A stretch of DNA of 63,662 nt, the filler included, from Globobulimina sp. (lineage: Eukaryota): NCBI GenBank assembly GCA_003354225.1. It is 31 parts of 31 records of this genome, joined end to end, with 100 filler letters (N's around TTAATTAATTAA, not from the genome) between each part and the next. Parts side by side here need not be neighbours in the genome. Positions count along the whole stretch, not along the records: positions 37,035 to 38,990 come from PIVH01010220.1; positions 39,091 to 41,046 come from PIVH01010221.1; positions 41,147 to 43,102 come from PIVH01010222.1; positions 43,203 to 45,158 come from PIVH01010223.1; positions 45,259 to 47,214 come from PIVH01010224.1; positions 47,315 to 49,270 come from PIVH01010225.1; 25 more parts are not named here. One strand, 5' to 3'. How positions within the stretch are numbered: the stretch's first letter is position 1; every line of letters starts with the position of its first letter. This document shows positions 37,068-48,922 of the stretch, in pieces. The translations under genes were made by a program, and so were the position numbers. The notes under the pieces are model-generated. The model ran no database searches, was not told the DNA's origin, and saw nothing but the letters and a program-made list of their open reading frames with translations.

Positions 37068-38738
37068 CCAATAAATAAATATTCATCCTCTCCTTTAAAA
37101 TTTGAGATCCAATTACAGCAAAATATGCGCAACATATCCGCATTAGTATGCCAATTATTATTCAACTGCATTATCATTCCTTTATCGTCAGCAAAGCGCA
37201 CAGCAACTTCTATTTGCATCGACGTACTGGTCGGAGAATTCAGCCGTATATTAAATGCGGGCATTGCCATTGTTATCGACATACCGCAATAAAATGGACC
37301 ATTCACGCGATCCACATACTCATTCTCTTCGTTTTTATCGCCTTGTCCGCGCCGCCCGAAATATTCGACAGTTTCTCGCAGCAAACGTGCAAAATTTGCA
37401 AATTGACTGTTTCGGGCTTTCATTTTTTCAATGGGTTCGAATGGATCATTTTTTCGAAAGGTTGCCGAGAATTTGGTGCATAATTCAGTCCAATCACAGT
37501 AAAATGAGACACATAAAACATGCTCAAATTTCATATTCGCCTGCAATTACAAATTGGTTATAGAAGTTGGGAATACTTAAATAGAAAACATACGTTTGAT
37601 CCTACGTTAAAATGTAGTCTTTCTTCAGCAAATTTAGCTGATTTCATATGCCGTACCTTTTGGGTATTCACCAATTGATTTGCTTTAAACGCAGTCAATG
37701 CATATTCACCCATTGATAAATTATATACATTATTATGTAAAACCTCCTCTTTTATGTCATTATACTTCGCAGCCACATATAATTCATGTTTTTTATATCC
37801 ATGCTGGTCATTAATATTCCCATATTGCACTTTTTCATCGTCCATCTCGAGCGCAGTATTATTGTCCATTACGTGTTCATAATAAGACCAATAATAAAAT
37901 GTATATCCAATCGAAAATGTTTGCTGTTCCCCTATTTATTATTTAATACATTTATAGATATTATTAATTGACATAGGTACATACGTTTAGTACTAGATAG
38001 AAAATTAAAAATTATCTCATATCCATCTTGCTTTTGCTGTACAAATTGTTTGATATTGCCTGAATCACCAAATGTGATATCACTCTCAATCGCATCAGTA
38101 TCGTATTGTTCATCTTGTATCATATTCATTGGTGTGTTATTATCATGCAATCGCTCATGAAGTGCATCCATAAATGTTTTTTTTTGTATTTGGTTATTTA
38201 TATTTTTTAAATTAAATTTGTTGTTGCTGTTATTAAACCGTTTAATATTTTCACCAAAAATATGATTTATTGCCCGTTTTTTGCTGTTTATTGTATTACG
38301 GATATTTGAAAATGATTCAGCGTCATCTCCAACGCATTCAATATCATTTTGGGCGACTCTCATTCCAATATCCCAGCAATGATACAAAAAACAATGCAAT
38401 CCATCAAATACAGTCATGTAAAATGCAATTTCTTTCGCTTTGCTTGAGGTGTTTGTCAAAATATTGTGTCTCTTAAATAATAAACAATTTTGTATATTAC
38501 ATGTATTTATATTTAGCTTATATTTATTTATAAGTGTGTCTAAATCTGATGAGTTATTATATTTGGTTGTTAACACATTCACGTCATCCAATAACACAAA
38601 TTGTTTGTTATAATGTTCACAAAACGTGATTAATTTGTCTTGGTCTGCTTCTTTTTCAATATTTAATTTTTCATAATATTTAATAGCATCAATTACACGA
38701 TCAACACTATTATTAATTGTTGCCTTCATTTGAGCCAT
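37068..38738 (-). CDS. Mono-ADP-ribosyltransferase-like protein (lineage-expanded family); introns 37932-37984 and 37541-37593; 3' truncated
   Basis: FSIGYTFYYW, LRETVEYFG, FYCGMS, NSPTSTS, VAVRFA, GMIMQL, SNFKGEDEYLF (aromatic-x-G / STS / ExE order). Confidence 0.6.
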
Positions 38739-39090
38739 TTTGAGGGTGTATGTGACTTATTTATTTGGTCACATTGAATAAGACCGCTGCACGGCTGTAC
38801 CTAACTAAAAAACAGTTTGATAAAAACTTCAACAAACCCATGTCCATAGCAACCTAAATCCTTGTTTTATCAGAAATTAATACTATGCATCTGTACATGC
38901 AAAAAACAATACTGCTGTCAATACTAATTAATTCCCTCCCTGCAAACGCAGAGACTATTGATACCGCATCCAGCGGTCAATTCAAAAATANNNNNNNNNN
39001 NNNNNNNNNNNNNNNNNNNNNNNNNNNNNNNNNNTTAATTAATTAANNNNNNNNNNNNNNNNNNNNNNNNNNNNNNNNNNNNNNNNNNNN

Positions 39091-39706
39091 AAGAAAATAA
39101 ATGCTTTATGTCTCTATTGGCCTTATTTTCAAAGTGTATCAACGTTGTGTTGATTATATCTGCATCATATTTGTAAGCTGCTGCTCCCAGCAATTCCATG
39201 TTGTCAATCAATGTAAGCAATTTATTTGGATCTTGCAGGTCAGAGTCCCATTCATTGTAATACGAATTTAATAATTTGGAATTAAATTTGCAGGCAAGGC
39301 TGGTTTTATTGTAAATATATGCATCCAAACAATATGTGATAAAGACATAGAATCTATAAACAGTTGAATCACCAAACAATAATACAGTTTTATTTGATAA
39401 TGCATTCGTTAATAGTGATGATGAAAAATGTCGGAATGTGTAATTATTGACAATTATATCCTCATTCCACGTGGCGTAATCATGTAAAGCTAATTGTAAT
39501 GGTAATTTATATAATGTGTTTTGAATTGAATGGATATCCATTGCAAGTTTTAATCGATGCAATGACGAATTTGCTGCAATGACTGTTTTAGAAAGTATTT
39601 TGTCATCAGATATCAGAGTTGATATCAAAAGAAGCAACACTCCACTAAATATTGTATAGAGCAGTGCTACACAGAATCTTTGGTTTGCAAAATCAGCCAT
39701 GGCCAT
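39091..39706 (-). CDS. Type II membrane SGNH/PC-esterase-like (GDS motif) protein; 3' truncated
   Basis: N-terminal TM; LSNKTVLLFGDSTVYRFY. Confidence 0.55.
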
Positions 39707-39798
39707 CTTTTGAAAGCTAAACAAATATCTTAACCAGTTTCAGGCAAAACAACTTTTTTTTATTGAAATACAGAAATGAAAGCAGACTGAAAGCACGT

Positions 39799-40716
39799 TC
39801 AGTTTGTCAACAGATACTCAAATAAGGATTGACTAGTGTCACTTCGATGTTTATTAAAATGATTCAACAGCTTCCATAAATCAGCTACAAGATATTTCTT
39901 TTGTTTTGCGCAACGATTAATAACAGTTTGTAATAACTGTCCTTTGCGATAGGTTTTGTAATCAATATCTCGTGAGTTAGAAAGTAAAGATGCAATCCAT
40001 TGCAACATTGATTTTAATTCCCAATTACCTGCAAATGCACCACAGCCCCAATGTGAAGTTGAAATAACATACTTTTCATTGTTAATATCAAACGAAAACC
40101 CAATATATGCCTTATTTATTTCTCTTAACATTAATTCCTGTTCAAATTGATTAATTTTTTCGAAATTACCGCTAAAACAAACCAATGCGTCAATGGCAAC
40201 AATAGTATGACACACAATGCTCTCTTTCTCTTCATTCTTTACTTTCTCATCCATATAATCATATTTTATATGTAATTTATCACCAAATCCGGTATGATTA
40301 TCAATATTGAATTTTCTGCAGTTTTCAATAACAATGCATTCGTTTTTACTCATTTTCTCACAAAATAATCCGCAAACTACGCATTCTGTATATTGACAAA
40401 ATAATATTTCTTCCTGATGATTACCACCGGATAGCACGCCGCCGCCAATGAATGAGTTAGCAAAATCAACCAACAATGCTTTCCTTTCTGTATTGAACAT
40501 ATGCATAGATTTGTTATCTAAACTAAATTTATTGGACAACAACGGGATAGCACATTGCTTTAAAACCTTATCATTAATCCTTTCTTTATCACTTAACACG
40601 CGTCGATGAAATGTAATCTTTCTCATTGGATTGCAATCATTGCACACTAAAAAATAATTTAATATCATATATAGTTTGGTTTCAACCGACACCATGGTAC
40701 ATAGAAATTTGATCAT
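39799..40716 (-). CDS. PARG: Poly(ADP-ribose) glycohydrolase catalytic domain; 5' end missing
   Basis: VDFANSFIGGGVLSGGNHQEEILF (GGG-x-QEE), VAIDAL, REINKAYIGF, HWGCGAFAG, LQWIAS. Confidence 0.92.
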   Translation of the reverse strand: MIKFLCTMVSVETKLYMILNYFLVCNDCNPMRKITFHRRVLSDKERINDKVLKQCAIPLLSNKFSLDNKSMHMFNTERKALLVDFANSFIGGGVLSGGNHQEEILFCQYTECVVCGLFCEKMSKNECIVIENCRKFNIDNHTGFGDKLHIKYDYMDEKVKNEEKESIVCHTIVAIDALVCFSGNFEKINQFEQELMLREINKAYIGFSFDINNEKYVISTSHWGCGAFAGNWELKSMLQWIASLLSNSRDIDYKTYRKGQLLQTVINRCAKQKKYLVADLWKLLNHFNKHRSDTSQSLFEYLLTN

Positions 40717-40823
40717 ATTTATATATGATCATATTCGCACATATGACTACATATATCTGTACATAGAAATTTTGATCCAACACCACAAAAAATCATGTTG
40801 CATATGCGAGCGACTCGTCCGCG

Positions 40824-41015
40824 TTAGCCTAAGGGAATGTGTTTTTACACGCAAGTTATGTCCGAGTTATTGTAAGGAGGTTTTGGTCGAGCCAGTCGCC
40901 TGAGTTATTGTAAGGAGGTTTGGTCGAGCTAGTCGCCCGAGTTATTGTAAGGGGAATGTGTGTTTACACGCAAGTTATGTCTGACTTAGCCTAAGGGAAA
41001 GTGCGTTTTTTACAC
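40824..41015. repeat. Composite short tandem repeat (two interleaved ~38-bp unit types)
   Basis: GAGTTATTGTAAGGAGGTTTTGGTCGAGC.AGTCGCC at 40864, 40902 and partially at 40939; (TTAGCCTAA)GGGAATGTG.TTTTACACGCAAGTTATGTC at 40824, 40952 and partially at 40986. Confidence 0.85.
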
Positions 41016-42244
41016 CGATGCAATATTTCTGAAGGTGCTCAGTACGNNNNNNNNNNNNNNNNNNNNNNNNNNNNNNNNNNNNNNNNNNNNTTAATTAATT
41101 AANNNNNNNNNNNNNNNNNNNNNNNNNNNNNNNNNNNNNNNNNNNNCTTCTGAATGTTGCAAATGGTCATTATTTGCTTTTTCTTGTTTAGATTCACTTT
41201 GTCCCATGAAAAAGTTGGAAAGTGGAGTTAGTGAAAAAAAACTTAAATGATGCTAAATAACATGGCAAATTCTAGAGCAATGACGTCGATCTTGTCAATT
41301 CAATATTTGTGCCACAAAAACAAGAATTCAATCCATTTTAGCAGATGTACGTTCTGCATATCGTTTTAAAAAGCAACCAAATGATGATTTAACTGTTGTT
41401 AAAATGTTTGCAAAACCGCGTGGAATGAATGCATCAGCAGTTTATCAAGATTTTTTGGGAAATAATGTGGTTTGGTATGGTTCAAATGTTATCTCTGAGA
41501 CTATCAATGATATGCATTGCCCAAAAAGCCATTATGACATATCAAATAAATACATTTGACAATCTAAAGGAAAACGATATTGTTGCGATTTCAAATCCGG
41601 ACAATCCGGATTTATGTTATTGTGTTTTATTAAATCAAATTATTCACATTTTTATGGATCAGATGCAATGATGGATAGAAAAAAGCGAATGTACGTCATA
41701 TAAAGTAATGTGGATAGTAAAAGATAAACCAATGTTTGATATTCATCCAGAACTAAAACAACAGTTTTGTCAGTCAGCAGTTCAAACAATGAAAAACCAA
41801 CAGACAAAAGATGCTGTCATTGGAAAGGTAAAATCCGCCATACATTTGCATTCATTATGTAATTATATAATTCATGGCGAATGGAACGGAAATACGAAAA
41901 ATTAATGCATTTTCATGTTTTTTATTAGGATTTATCATAACATGCTTTTTTTATCATGACATTTTTTTCTTATCGTTCCACACAATAATTTATCATAATT
42001 TTATCATATTCTCTATAAGTTTTTATACAGAACAGCTTTGGGTTTGCAAATACAGCGCAGAGTTATAACAAATTTATAATCGAATAATATACACATCAGA
42101 TGGTGCGGAAAGGGCGGGTGCACCCATTTACTTCGTCGATTGTCTAACCAGCGGGGTGTGGTAAAATGGAGATAAACAGTTACGGTTTGAACTATGAAGT
42201 TTAAATATTTGAGCAGAAAAAGGTTGTTTATACAAATTATACCA

Positions 42245-42997
42245 TCAAAAAATTTTTTTGTGATTATTAATAACATCACGGAGTTTTTGGAGTTCAGCAG
42301 ATGTATTCGTAATTAATTGTAATTTTGATAATTCTATGCGAGTAATCTCAGTTTTCAATTTACCGATTTCAGAATTATTAATCTCATTTATTTTACTTAT
42401 TATATTTTGCTGTGATTTAATTTTCTTTTTTAATATCATAACTTGATGTTTTATAGTTTGTTTTGGTGCGTTGTTAATAACATACTCAACATCACATTCA
42501 CAGTTATAACCAGAGCCATCATCATCGTCAGATTCAGTGGACACAGAAACATTATTTGGATCATATATTTGTGGCGCAGTTTGCTTCAAAATATCAATTT
42601 CCAGCACCAATTTTTGGATATGATGTTCATTGACCAACTGTAAATTATTAATTAATTGTTGTTTCTTCCAATTTAATAATTTATAACCATTTATTTGATT
42701 CATTTTACAGATATCACTGTATTGTTCTAAATGAATCATTTGTAGCCAATCGTAAACATCGTCGATGTCCCATTCCAATGGATTATACGTTGTGGTGGGT
42801 TCCAATGAAGATTGGATTAATATTTCTTGCGCTTCCTCCTCCTTTTCCTGTTTATATAGTGAATATTTTAATTCCGTAATGACCTGTTCATTCTCCCCAA
42901 TATGTTTTGCATTTATTTGCGCGGTCTCTCGTAATGTTTGTATAGCATCTTTTAACTGCAATTTTAATTTTGCTATTTCCATTTTTGCGGATTTCAA
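42245..42997 (-). CDS. SAM-domain coiled-coil protein, C-terminal part
   Basis: PLEWDIDDVYDWLQMIHLEQYSDIC...INGYKLL SAM flanked by heptad-rich segments. Confidence 0.75.
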   Translation of the reverse strand: MKSAKMEIAKLKLQLKDAIQTLRETAQINAKHIGENEQVITELKYSLYKQEKEEEAQEILIQSSLEPTTTYNPLEWDIDDVYDWLQMIHLEQYSDICKMNQINGYKLLNWKKQQLINNLQLVNEHHIQKLVLEIDILKQTAPQIYDPNNVSVSTESDDDDGSGYNCECDVEYVINNAPKQTIKHQVMILKKKIKSQQNIISKINEINNSEIGKLKTEITRIELSKLQLITNTSAELQKLRDVINNHKKIF

Positions 42998-43310
42998 CGG
43001 AGAATATGAAAACTCAAAAAAAGATGATTCTGTTAATGTACATTTATGTTTATATTCGTGTTCATATTCATATGTATTACTATCCTCATTATAATGTTGT
43101 TTNNNNNNNNNNNNNNNNNNNNNNNNNNNNNNNNNNNNNNNNNNNNTTAATTAATTAANNNNNNNNNNNNNNNNNNNNNNNNNNNNNNNNNNNNNNNNNN
43201 NNGTACTAGACACAATCATTAACCCATCCAACCCCCAATCAATAATGTATATACAGTAACTCTTTACAGGAATCTCGCAAACGATCATCAAGTACAAACG
43301 ACATGTCCAG

Positions 43311-44117
43311 TTGAAATATATAGCAGTAAACGCTGTCGAAGACTATACGGCTATAATTAACTGTTTAATGCAGTGCGGTGTACAGAATGTTAAAGATGTC
43401 GAATTCGGAGATTGGGACAGGGATCATTATATGGATACATTGGTTCAGTCCGTTTACTCCATGTTATACAATTGTGATAACTTGAAAACATTATGGATTA
43501 ACGTTAATAACATTTCTAATGTGTGGAAGTTGCTTTGGCCAGCTATCAGCGACTGCCAGTTCATTGCATCCATCAATATAGACAGTAATCCAGCCAACCG
43601 TACACAACTCAGTCAACACAAAGCTCTGGAACTGGCTGAACGAATTTCTTGTTGGTTTACAAAATTAACAAATTTCAACTTGTACTCTGTTGTGATGCCG
43701 CCGGATCCAATGGAATTCCTGAATACCATTACTAAAGATATCCGAAAACAAATAGACATTATTTCAATCTATCTCGAAGCTGAATTGATTAACCACAAGT
43801 ATTGCTTTACGAATGTCTATAATTTGTTCCCTAATCTGAAGAAATTATACCTAGCTTGTATTGGTAGTTTTCCCACTACAACGTGTCTTGATGCAATTGG
43901 CAATATATTTGTTAGTTACCAAAGTGATGTAGCTGAACAAGTGTACACATTTTGGATATCATTTCCGGTAGAAGATAAGGCTGATTTAATTGTCCAATTA
44001 GGTGATAAAGTGTGGGAAGATGGTGGAATGGCTACACTTCACTGTCAAGGAGGTACTTGGACATGCACGAAAAGCAACGTCGAAATAACACTGAAGCCGT
44101 TTACTTTGGATGACTGA
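43311..44117 (+). CDS. Unknown protein with LRR-like spacing; 5' end uncertain
   Basis: 268-codon ORF with CDNLKTLWI and FPNLKKLYL LRR-like strands. Confidence 0.5.
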   Translation: MKYIAVNAVEDYTAIINCLMQCGVQNVKDVEFGDWDRDHYMDTLVQSVYSMLYNCDNLKTLWINVNNISNVWKLLWPAISDCQFIASINIDSNPANRTQLSQHKALELAERISCWFTKLTNFNLYSVVMPPDPMEFLNTITKDIRKQIDIISIYLEAELINHKYCFTNVYNLFPNLKKLYLACIGSFPTTTCLDAIGNIFVSYQSDVAEQVYTFWISFPVEDKADLIVQLGDKVWEDGGMATLHCQGGTWTCTKSNVEITLKPFTLDD

Positions 44118-44806
44118 CGTTATAGTATGGTGATGTTTATCTTCTCCTTTCGAAAATAGTGTATAGGACATGAAATGCATTCTACATTGTGTCATACAGT
44201 ATGTTAAACTCATATTATAGAGTAAAAAATTGACCGTACACGTACGTACGTTTGGCTTGATAAAGTAAATAATTCTCCTGTTTCATTGACATTTTCATTA
44301 TTTTTAACTTTTTACATTTATATCAGAATTACTGTTGTATGTATGTTTATGCTGTGTAGACTGGCAATTCGAAAACGATTGTGCAATACCAGTGCATGCA
44401 TTGCAATTCGTGTCCAAAGTCTGGGGACAATTAGCGACATGGTCTGTCTAATTTCCAAATTTATGAATTAAACGTGGAAAGATTGGTTCGAAATTAAGGA
44501 TATGTTCATAGTTTCTATATGTTTTTACAATGCAACATTATTCATCATCTCACTTGGAGTGAAGTTTGTCACATTTGGAATGGAATTGCAAGTTGCACGC
44601 GTTTTGTGACGATATTTCGATCAAAAAGGTTGTTTGTGTACCATTTTACCATTGTCAACTGTGGAGTTAACAGTCATAACAAGTTTTCCATTCTAATGAT
44701 AACACGAAGTGACATTAGTTATCTCAATTAAATATGACTTGAGTTTTTTTTGAAATTTACAGCTCACGAGCCGAACTCCCAAACTTTTTGCATATAACAG
44801 TTGACA

Positions 44807-45145
44807 GTCACAATTCATTAGTCACAGCTCGTGTCGTGACAAAGTGTGACAGTCACAATTCACTAGTCACAGTTCGTGACAGTCGCAGTAATAGTAGTGT
44901 GTGAGAGTTACATCCCTTCAGTGACCGTTTATAGTCACAATCAGTCAGTAATAATAACAGTGGTGACTGACAGTCACAGTCACAATTCATTAGTCACAGC
45001 TCGTGACAAAGTGTAACAGTCACAATTCACTAGTCACAGTTCATGACAGTCGCAGTAATAGTAGTGCGTGACAGTTACATCCCTTCAGTGACCGTTTATA
45101 GTCACAATCAGTCAGTAATAATAACAGTGGTGACTGACAGTCACA
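44807..45145. repeat. Tandem ~170-bp satellite (2 copies) built from GTCAC/GTGAC sub-repeats
   Basis: Copy 1 44807-44978 (172 bp) and copy 2 44979-45145 (167 bp) are nearly identical. Confidence 0.9.
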
Positions 45146-45260
45146 TGTTATGTCAAATNNNNNNNNNNNNNNNNNNNNNNNNNNNNNNNNNNNNNNNNNN
45201 NNTTAATTAATTAANNNNNNNNNNNNNNNNNNNNNNNNNNNNNNNNNNNNNNNNNNNNAA

Positions 45261-45408
45261 CACTTCTTTTGTGATTGGCAAGGTTTTAGGGTTAGCTAGA
45301 GTGGTTTTCAACTTTTAATACTAGGATTCGAAAGATAGGTCAACTTCGAATACTAGGTTGAAAACCACTCTAGCCAACCCAAAAACCTTGCCAATCACAA
45401 AAGAAGTG
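45261..45408. mobile_element. MITE-like foldback element with 52-bp inverted repeats
   Basis: 45261-45312 is the reverse complement of 45357-45408 with 2 mismatches; 44-bp spacer; no TSD visible (contig edge). Confidence 0.7.
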
Positions 45409-45590
45409 CCCAGAAGTTTAAGCCTAAAAAGTCAACTAAGAAATCAATTAAAGATTTAACCCATACACAAGAAAGGAACAACAAAGGAACACTAAATAAA
45501 TTGATTTCTTAGCATCAGAACTTTCAACGGAAATTTCATTGCTGCACGGTGCCGTTTTGTCACATAGTTTATGCAAATGCAAATGCAACA

Positions 45591-46886
45591 CTATGTATAA
45601 CGTACATCCGTAGCGTGATAATTAGGTACGTTACCCAGACATGATTGGTTCAACAGTCTACGTTGTTGGAAATATGTGTCAGTCGCAGATAAAACACTGT
45701 CATCAGATTCTTTCTCATTACTTATCCCTTTATTACCATTGCCATTGTTATTTCCATTCAAAACATTCAACGATGACTCATTGTTATAATGAATTTCATT
45801 GTTATTTCCTGCTTTATTCCATACACAATCACAAGTTTCACAACAAAAATCACAATAACATGCCCGATAATTAATGCATATCTTATAACAAAAAATAAAC
45901 ATAAACTTCCTGTTACGCCCCAACATCATAAAAGTAGTGATCGAATTTGTAATATAATCACAATACGGAATATAAAAATACGTGGTCGGATCGAGCGGCC
46001 ATACAATTAATACGGATAAACAAGTAAACAATGACAGAATCGATAGGGTGACATTGTACCATAACGCTTTCTTTAATTCCATCGTCTGTATATAACGCGT
46101 ATTACTATGAATCCGTGGATAATATAAGAAATTATATCGATTATTATTGGTGTGGCTCACACTCGAACTGCTCACATTGCGTCTGGCGGACAGCGAGGAC
46201 CTCGCAAACGAGTCAAATATAGACAACCGAGTGTCTCTTTCAATGGCAGTATAATTTTGCTCCAATTTAAGTATTTTCTGATTTGAAATAATTAATCTGA
46301 ACAATGGCGACACAAATAAATATCCAAAGAATATACTTACGATAATTTCTAAAATAGCCGCAATGTTAATGATAAAATGAGCAGTTAACGGCGTGAAGAT
46401 TTCGCACCAATTTGTTGAGATTATAGAGGGGATTTCGTTGTTTGTGTCAATGCATTTTGATGTATTGCCTTCTTTAAAATAAAATAGTAAAATCAGTGAA
46501 ACATAGGTCAGGGCAAAGGCTAACGGAAATATTTTGGTGAAATAATAGTTTGGTAGACATGGCTTAAATGATTGAGCTAATCTTGCTCGTTGTAAGTAAA
46601 ATAAATATACAAATAAACGAGTTGTTGTGTATAATAATTGGGAGGTTAATGGAGCCCACGAACATGTGAAACAATTTGGCAATGCGGTTTCGAGCAGGAT
46701 TCCAATTAATGATTGTAATGTGTTGCATAAAAAACAGATAATAACACATGCGATTACAAATATAGTGTCGATGCTCGAGGAGTATTTTTTCCAATAACAG
46801 ACAACTGCGAAAATTTGTATAATTAACACCGATAAACAAATAAGCAGTGATATAGGTGGTAATAACATGTGTAGCCATGACACCAT
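45591..46886 (-). CDS. 7TM GPCR-like membrane protein, intronless
   Basis: Seven hydrophobic segments, YLFYLQR in TM3, long third intracellular loop, Cys-rich C-tail. Confidence 0.7.
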   Translation of the reverse strand: MVSWLHMLLPPISLLICLSVLIIQIFAVVCYWKKYSSSIDTIFVIACVIICFLCNTLQSLIGILLETALPNCFTCSWAPLTSQLLYTTTRLFVYLFYLQRARLAQSFKPCLPNYYFTKIFPLAFALTYVSLILLFYFKEGNTSKCIDTNNEIPSIISTNWCEIFTPLTAHFIINIAAILEIIVSIFFGYLFVSPLFRLIISNQKILKLEQNYTAIERDTRLSIFDSFARSSLSARRNVSSSSVSHTNNNRYNFLYYPRIHSNTRYIQTMELKKALWYNVTLSILSLFTCLSVLIVWPLDPTTYFYIPYCDYITNSITTFMMLGRNRKFMFIFCYKICINYRACYCDFCCETCDCVWNKAGNNNEIHYNNESSLNVLNGNNNGNGNKGISNEKESDDSVLSATDTYFQQRRLLNQSCLGNVPNYHATDVRYT

Positions 46887-46962
46887 TGTTCAGAGTGACT
46901 GCTTTAGTTCTTGAAAAAACATTATTCACAGTTACCGAGAGCATATCATATCATATCATTGA

Positions 46963-47214
46963 ATGGCAGCTCAAGCAAAAACATTAATGGAAAGAGAATT
47001 ATTATTATTATTAAAAGTCGATAATAAACGATGCAATATGACATTATTTAATGATGCAAATAAAATGTCAGTCTGTTTATGTGCAAGTTGCGGTTTTGTA
47101 TGTTGTGATGCAGTCGAATTAGTTTGTGATCATAAAGAAGATGAAGATATATTTTTATATTGTAAACAATGTTTAATTCATTTAATTCAACAGAATGAGA
47201 ATAAATGTATTATT
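46963..47214 (+). CDS. N-terminus of a RING/TRAF-type protein
   Basis: LCASCGFVCCDAVELVCDH...LYCKQCL...NKCII. Confidence 0.7.
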
Positions 47215-47573
47215 NNNNNNNNNNNNNNNNNNNNNNNNNNNNNNNNNNNNNNNNNNNNTTAATTAATTAANNNNNNNNNNNNNNNNNNNNNNNNNNNNNN
47301 NNNNNNNNNNNNNNCAGTGTGTTTGTTCAAGAGTTATACAGTAAAAAGACATGAAATCAACTATAATATTTCAATTCTTTTTTTTTGATGTTTTTTTTAT
47401 TTTTGTTTTTATATTTAATATTTTTTGTTGTGATTATTTTTCTGATGCATTTGTTGAGCAGGTCCTGATATACAGCAGAATATACGTAGTATGATACAAC
47501 TGTGATCTACTAGTCATGCATGATAGAGATGTAAAATCTTAACCGAAGTTTAGAGTTGCGAACACTACAAACA

Positions 47574-48684
47574 ATGACGATTTTTGTTGATCCGAATGCC
47601 GCCGATAAATATACATGCGCCATATGTTTAGATGTATTTCGACAACCGGTCCAAGTATGCTATATATAATCAATCAATATAATTGTAACGATTTTAATAA
47701 TAATGTAAACATCAACAGATTGGATGCGATGACCACATATTTTGTTCAGAGTGTATAAAATCTTTATCACATCGGTCACAATCAATTACCTGTCCTGTAT
47801 GCAGAGTAAAATGCAAATCAAAAAGTATTCGTAGAGTTAAGTGGATTGAGAGACAAATGAATAACTTGGCAGTAAAATGTCCAAATCACAAAATAACATC
47901 GGAAAAATCAAAATATCTTAAAAATATACAACCGGAAAATGAAAACACAACAAACACAAATTCCGACGATAATGGATCACGACGTAGTGCCAGATTGAAA
48001 GAGAAAAAGGAGCACCAAAATAACATTTGTGGGCAAAAAAGAAAACGATCCCATGATGAAAACACAAGAAACGTTAAGAGAATGAAATTAAATGAGACCG
48101 AGTTATGTGACTGGACCGGTTGTTATGGAGAATTAGGGCGTCATCTTAGTTCATGCGACTTACAATTAATTAAATGTCCATTTTGTAATGAAGCAATGTT
48201 ACGAAAAGCACGGAAACAGCATTTTAATCAATGTTTATCTTGTCCGGTGCAATGTGGTCAATGTAAGTTGCGTTGCATTTTAAGAAAAAATATGAAATCA
48301 CATATTTTGAATCAATGTAGAATGACAAAGATTGTTTGTAAACAGAATTGCGGAGCGGAAATATTAAGATGTAATGAAAGATCACATTTAAAGAAATATT
48401 GTTCAGAAACTTTGATTGAATGTGCATCATTTCGTAGATTTGGATGTTTAGATAGATTTAAAAGGAGCGATGAGAGAAAACATATTGAAAATGCAGCTGT
48501 TACACATAATCATTTAGTAAAATTATCGCAAAAAATTGATGGATTAGACAAAGAAAATGAAAAATTAAATTCAAGGATAACTGTGTTGGAACAGAAAGAA
48601 CGTGTGTCTCAAGCGACATTAACTGCGATAGTGAAAATAGTGTGTAAACAAAGAAGTAATAACAATAACAATCGCAAAAACTAA
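47574..48684 (+). CDS. RING plus TRAF zinc-finger plus coiled-coil protein; intron 47655-47718
   Basis: CAICLDVFRQPVQ|IGCDDHIFCSECI...CPVCR; VKCPN, CDWTG, repeated H-x3-C TRAF fingers. Confidence 0.88.
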
Positions 48685-48791
48685 TGTACAGTTGGGATGT
48701 TGGTAAATTAAGTAATTAAAATTGAACCATAGGTCTAGTACACGACAAAACCGTTCTAAATCGTTTCTCACCGATATGTACGCTCTTATTA

Positions 48792-48922
48792 GGGGTTGTT
48801 CTTATATTGCGCAATATAAATTGGACCTAGGACCTAGGCCATCCTTAATTGCAATATCATGGACATTCATGGTACCTAGGTCCTAGGTCTCAATTTATAT
48901 TGCGCAATATAAGAACAGCCCC
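48792..48922. mobile_element. PIF/Harbinger (Tourist-like) MITE, 131 bp, TTA target-site duplication
   Basis: TTA|GGGGTTGTTCTTATATTGCGCAATATAAATTG...CAATTTATATTGCGCAATATAAGAACAGCCCC|TTA; ~47-bp TIRs. Confidence 0.85.

Noticed and set aside
37068-40716. ART-like gene next to PARG as a writer/eraser or toxin-antitoxin locus
   Set aside because: They lie on different contigs, adjacent only through length sorting.
40824-41015. CRISPR array
   Set aside because: Units abut without unique spacers, and no cas genes are present.
41270-41905. Plus-strand gene
   Set aside because: Only short broken ORFs with no recognisable motif; possibly a pseudogene but unsupported.
42100-42165. tRNA gene or LTR primer-binding site (TGGTGCGGAAAGGGCGGG)
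   Set aside because: No cloverleaf can be folded, and no LTR or gag/pol sequence is nearby.
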